Shown one piece after another: positions 61,166 through 64,000 of a stretch of 64,000 nucleotides of DNA (positions are counted from its first letter, which is position 1; each line of letters starts with the position of its first letter). The DNA comes from Octopus vulgaris (Eukaryota): positions 49,972,001 through 50,036,000 of the forward strand of contig OX597829.1 of the NCBI GenBank assembly GCA_951406725.2. The letters are read 5' to 3'. The translations under genes were made by a program, and so were the position numbers. The notes under the pieces were generated by a model. That model was not told the DNA's origin, did no database searches, and saw only the letters and a program-made list of their open reading frames with translations.

Positions 61166-61947
61166 AGTATACACACACACAAATAGTGAAAATTCCCCAA
61201 TTAAAAATTTGATAAGATTCATAATAAAATCTGCATAAAATGCTTCTATTCAACCACTCCTACAATTGGACAAACATTAGCACAAGCAGATTGAAATTAT
61301 GCAATCAAAAGGATGTGTTATAATACTATTCCACATATACAAAAGCAGCCATACTAACAATCTAACATACCTCCATCATCAGCTGCCCCTCGGATATCAT
61401 TATGGTTTTGACACCTAAGCACTATTCAATAGCACTATTAGAGTAATAGTAGTAGTAGTATGATATATATGATGTCTTTGTATATCAGTAGAAGCAAAAC
61501 TTGTCTAAACATGCATTTGATGGATGATACTGATGGTATGCAACAATACAGAAATCCAGATTTACCAATTCCACCACTGCTGCTGCAGGATATTTTTCAT
61601 CAGCTATTTATACACTTGTGTTGGCTTTTTTAACTCCATATGTCTATGTGAGATGCTTTCTCAAGATGAACATCACAGCTCTGTGGCTTTCTATAATGTA
61701 TCCATATTAAGATGTGTGTGTGTGATTCTGTACCAATACTGCTTCCATCACTAATAATAATACATAATGTTATAAGCTTTGACATTAAGTGGATATTAAT
61801 TTACCATAACAATACTTTATAAAGATTCTTGCAAGCCTTTATATATTGTGCAGTGCAGAATCTTAAGAAATGTAATATTCAGAATTACCTCCCCTTAATA
61901 AACATTCAGATCTGACTTCCTGTTTGCATACACAGAAGACCCAGAAT

Positions 61948-62360
61948 ACTCTTTTACTTGTTTCAGTCATTTGACTGTGATCATGCTGGAGCACCACCTT
62001 TAGTCGATCAAATCGATCCCAGGACTTATTCTTTGTAAGCCTAGTACTTATTCTATCAGTCTCTTTTTGCCGAACTGCTAAGTTACGGGGATGTAACCAC
62101 ACCAGCATCGGTTGTCAAGCAATGTTGGGGTGGACAAACACAGACACACAAACACACACATACACATACATACACATATATATATATATACATATATACA
62201 ACGGGCTTCTTTCAGTTTCTGTCTACCAAATCCACTCACAAGGCTTTGGTCGGTCCAGGGCTATAGCAGAAGACACTTGCCCAAGGTGCCACGCAGTGGG
62301 ACTGACCCCGGGACCATGTGGTTCGTAAGCTAGCTACTTACCACACAGCAACTCCTACTC
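61948..62360 (-). mobile_element. SINE family A
   Basis: Full-length copy. Confidence 0.9.
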
Positions 62361-62759
62361 CAATGATTCACCAGATAACTTTGAGTACAGAGAACAATGA
62401 TCAAAACAAATTTCATCACTTTCAAAGGAGACAAAATATATTTATTTAAGTTACCCCCCCACCTCTGCTCCTTTTTTTTTTTTTTACTTTTATTTCTTTT
62501 CCTTTTTCCATCTCTCTTTCCTGTCTTTGCATTTGTGGGGATCTTTCAAATTTACTTTAAATAAACAAAATTAACAATCCATTGGATTATATATATTCGG
62601 TAACATTTTGTCAATCCTGACTAAGTTAATTGAACTGAATACATTCATTTGTCAAATGGTGGTAGGAAACAAACACAAAGAAACATGAATACAAATGTGT
62701 GACTGTGTCAATATATATATATATATATGTCTATGCCTGTATGGAAAACAGATGTTATA

Positions 62760-62935
62760 TACAGGGTGTGATGGGTAAATTGTCACCATTTTATATTTCT
62801 AATTTCATGCACGCGCATTGTTTGTTTTTGATTTTGTAAACTACGCAGTATAGTAGGGTCAGTTGGGCACCATCTGTGAGAAAAACAGCACCATGACACA
62901 ATTCACTCTGCCAAAAATTTGGAAATGACATGTTT
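62760..62935 (+). mobile_element. Tc1/mariner-superfamily 5' end fragment
   Basis: TA-CAGGGTG terminus; reverse-complement match to 25670-25843. Confidence 0.7.
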
Positions 62936-63284
62936 TGCCCAGTTATGTCTTATTTTAAAATAAAGCATTTTCAATATAATTGTATTAGCTGTTCAATGAT
63001 TACACTGCATGACACCAATTTATTTTAGCAAAACTCTACTTTAGATGATACTAGTTGATTTTAGGGTGTTCTTTGTGAATATGAAATCCATTTTGTTCCA
63101 TCATGTCTACATTTTACGCTTTTCATATGAAATCATAATACCTGATTGAGGAAATTAGCATCTATTTCCTATTTTATGTGTCAGTTAAACAGCACTGGCA
63201 TCGGCCATGACTACAATCTCACTTGGCTTGACAGGCCTACTCACTTGGCTTGTCAGGCCTACTCAAGCAGAACACATCTCCAAA

Positions 63285-64000
63285 TAAACCACTGAGAGTG
63301 AGAGTTAATCTAGCAAGAACCAAAATCTTACCAAGTAGGAGAGTAGACATGTAAGCTATGGACACATAAGAAGTGCAGCAATATCAGAGGAAGGTTAACA
63401 GGGAAAATAGTTTTTGTGTGTAGTAGGTGCTCAGGTACAGTTAACACTAAAAATGTACAGAAAATAGGCTCCATCAAATGTTGGGGCAGGATGGGGGTGG
63501 ACTAGAAGTAGTTGATAGCTTCCATCACCTAAGTGATCAAGTCAGTAGCCGGGGTGAATGCTCTGAAAGTGTAGCTTCTAGAATAAGAATAGGCTGAGCA
63601 AAGTTCAGTGAGTTCCTACCTCTGCTGGCAACAAAGGGCCTCTCACTCAGAGTAAAAGGCAGACTGTATGATGCCTGTCTGCAAACAGCCATGCTACACA
63701 GCAGTGAAACATGGGCTGTGAACGCTGAGGACGTGTGCAGGTTTGTAAGAAATGAAACTAGTATGCTCTGCTGGATGTGTAATATCAGTGTGCATACTGG
63801 ACAGAGTGTAAGTGTCCTGGGAGAAAAGCTGGGCATAAGAGGAATGAGATGTGGTGTGCGAGAGAGACATCTGCACTGGTATGGTCATGTGATGTGTATA
63901 GACAAGGACAACTGTGTAAAGAAGTGCCACACACTAATGGTGGAGGAAACCTGTGGAAGAGGTAGACCCAGAAAGACATGGGATGATGTCGTGAAGCATG
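63285..64000 (+). mobile_element. RTE-type LINE ORF C-terminal remnant, runs off the window
   Basis: ESVASRIRIG*AKFSEFLPLLATKGLSLRVKGRLYDAC..SETWAV..HLHWYGHV..GRGRPRKTWDDVV. Confidence 0.85.

Overview
Eukaryotic, AT-rich, repeat-dense animal DNA. The SINE/MITE/LINE repertoire and the heavy TA/CA/ATGT microsatellite load suggest an octopus (coleoid cephalopod) genome; this is inferred, not checked. Almost all ORFs in the track are microsatellite or SINE artefacts. The only convincing host coding sequence is a + strand first exon (ATG 9198, GTAAGT donor at 9569) encoding a signal-peptide-like N-terminus. It lies in a CpG-rich promoter that also appears to launch a head-to-head minus-strand transcript (donor at 8802). 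The remaining ~54 kb behaves like one large intron filled with at least four tRNA-headed SINE families (my labels A, C, D, E), an RTE-tailed non-autonomous element (B), piggyBac/hAT/mariner MITEs, Helitron/Helentron-type elements and decayed Penelope-like, RTE, CR1-group and mariner coding remnants. The most notable observations are: a Penelope-like GIY-YIG endonuclease remnant; a LINE 3' end sharing its tail with the dominant SINE; recurrent long fold-back palindromes and local inverted duplications; piggyBac-MITE tandem arrays with a conserved spacer at three loci; a ~430-bp duplication bracketing a SINE; a triple C2H2 zinc-finger LINE tail; and a tRNA-like cloverleaf inside a decayed tandem unit. 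I found no clearly new intact molecular system. Repeat boundaries are approximate unless target-site duplications (TSDs) or terminal inverted repeats (TIRs) are quoted.
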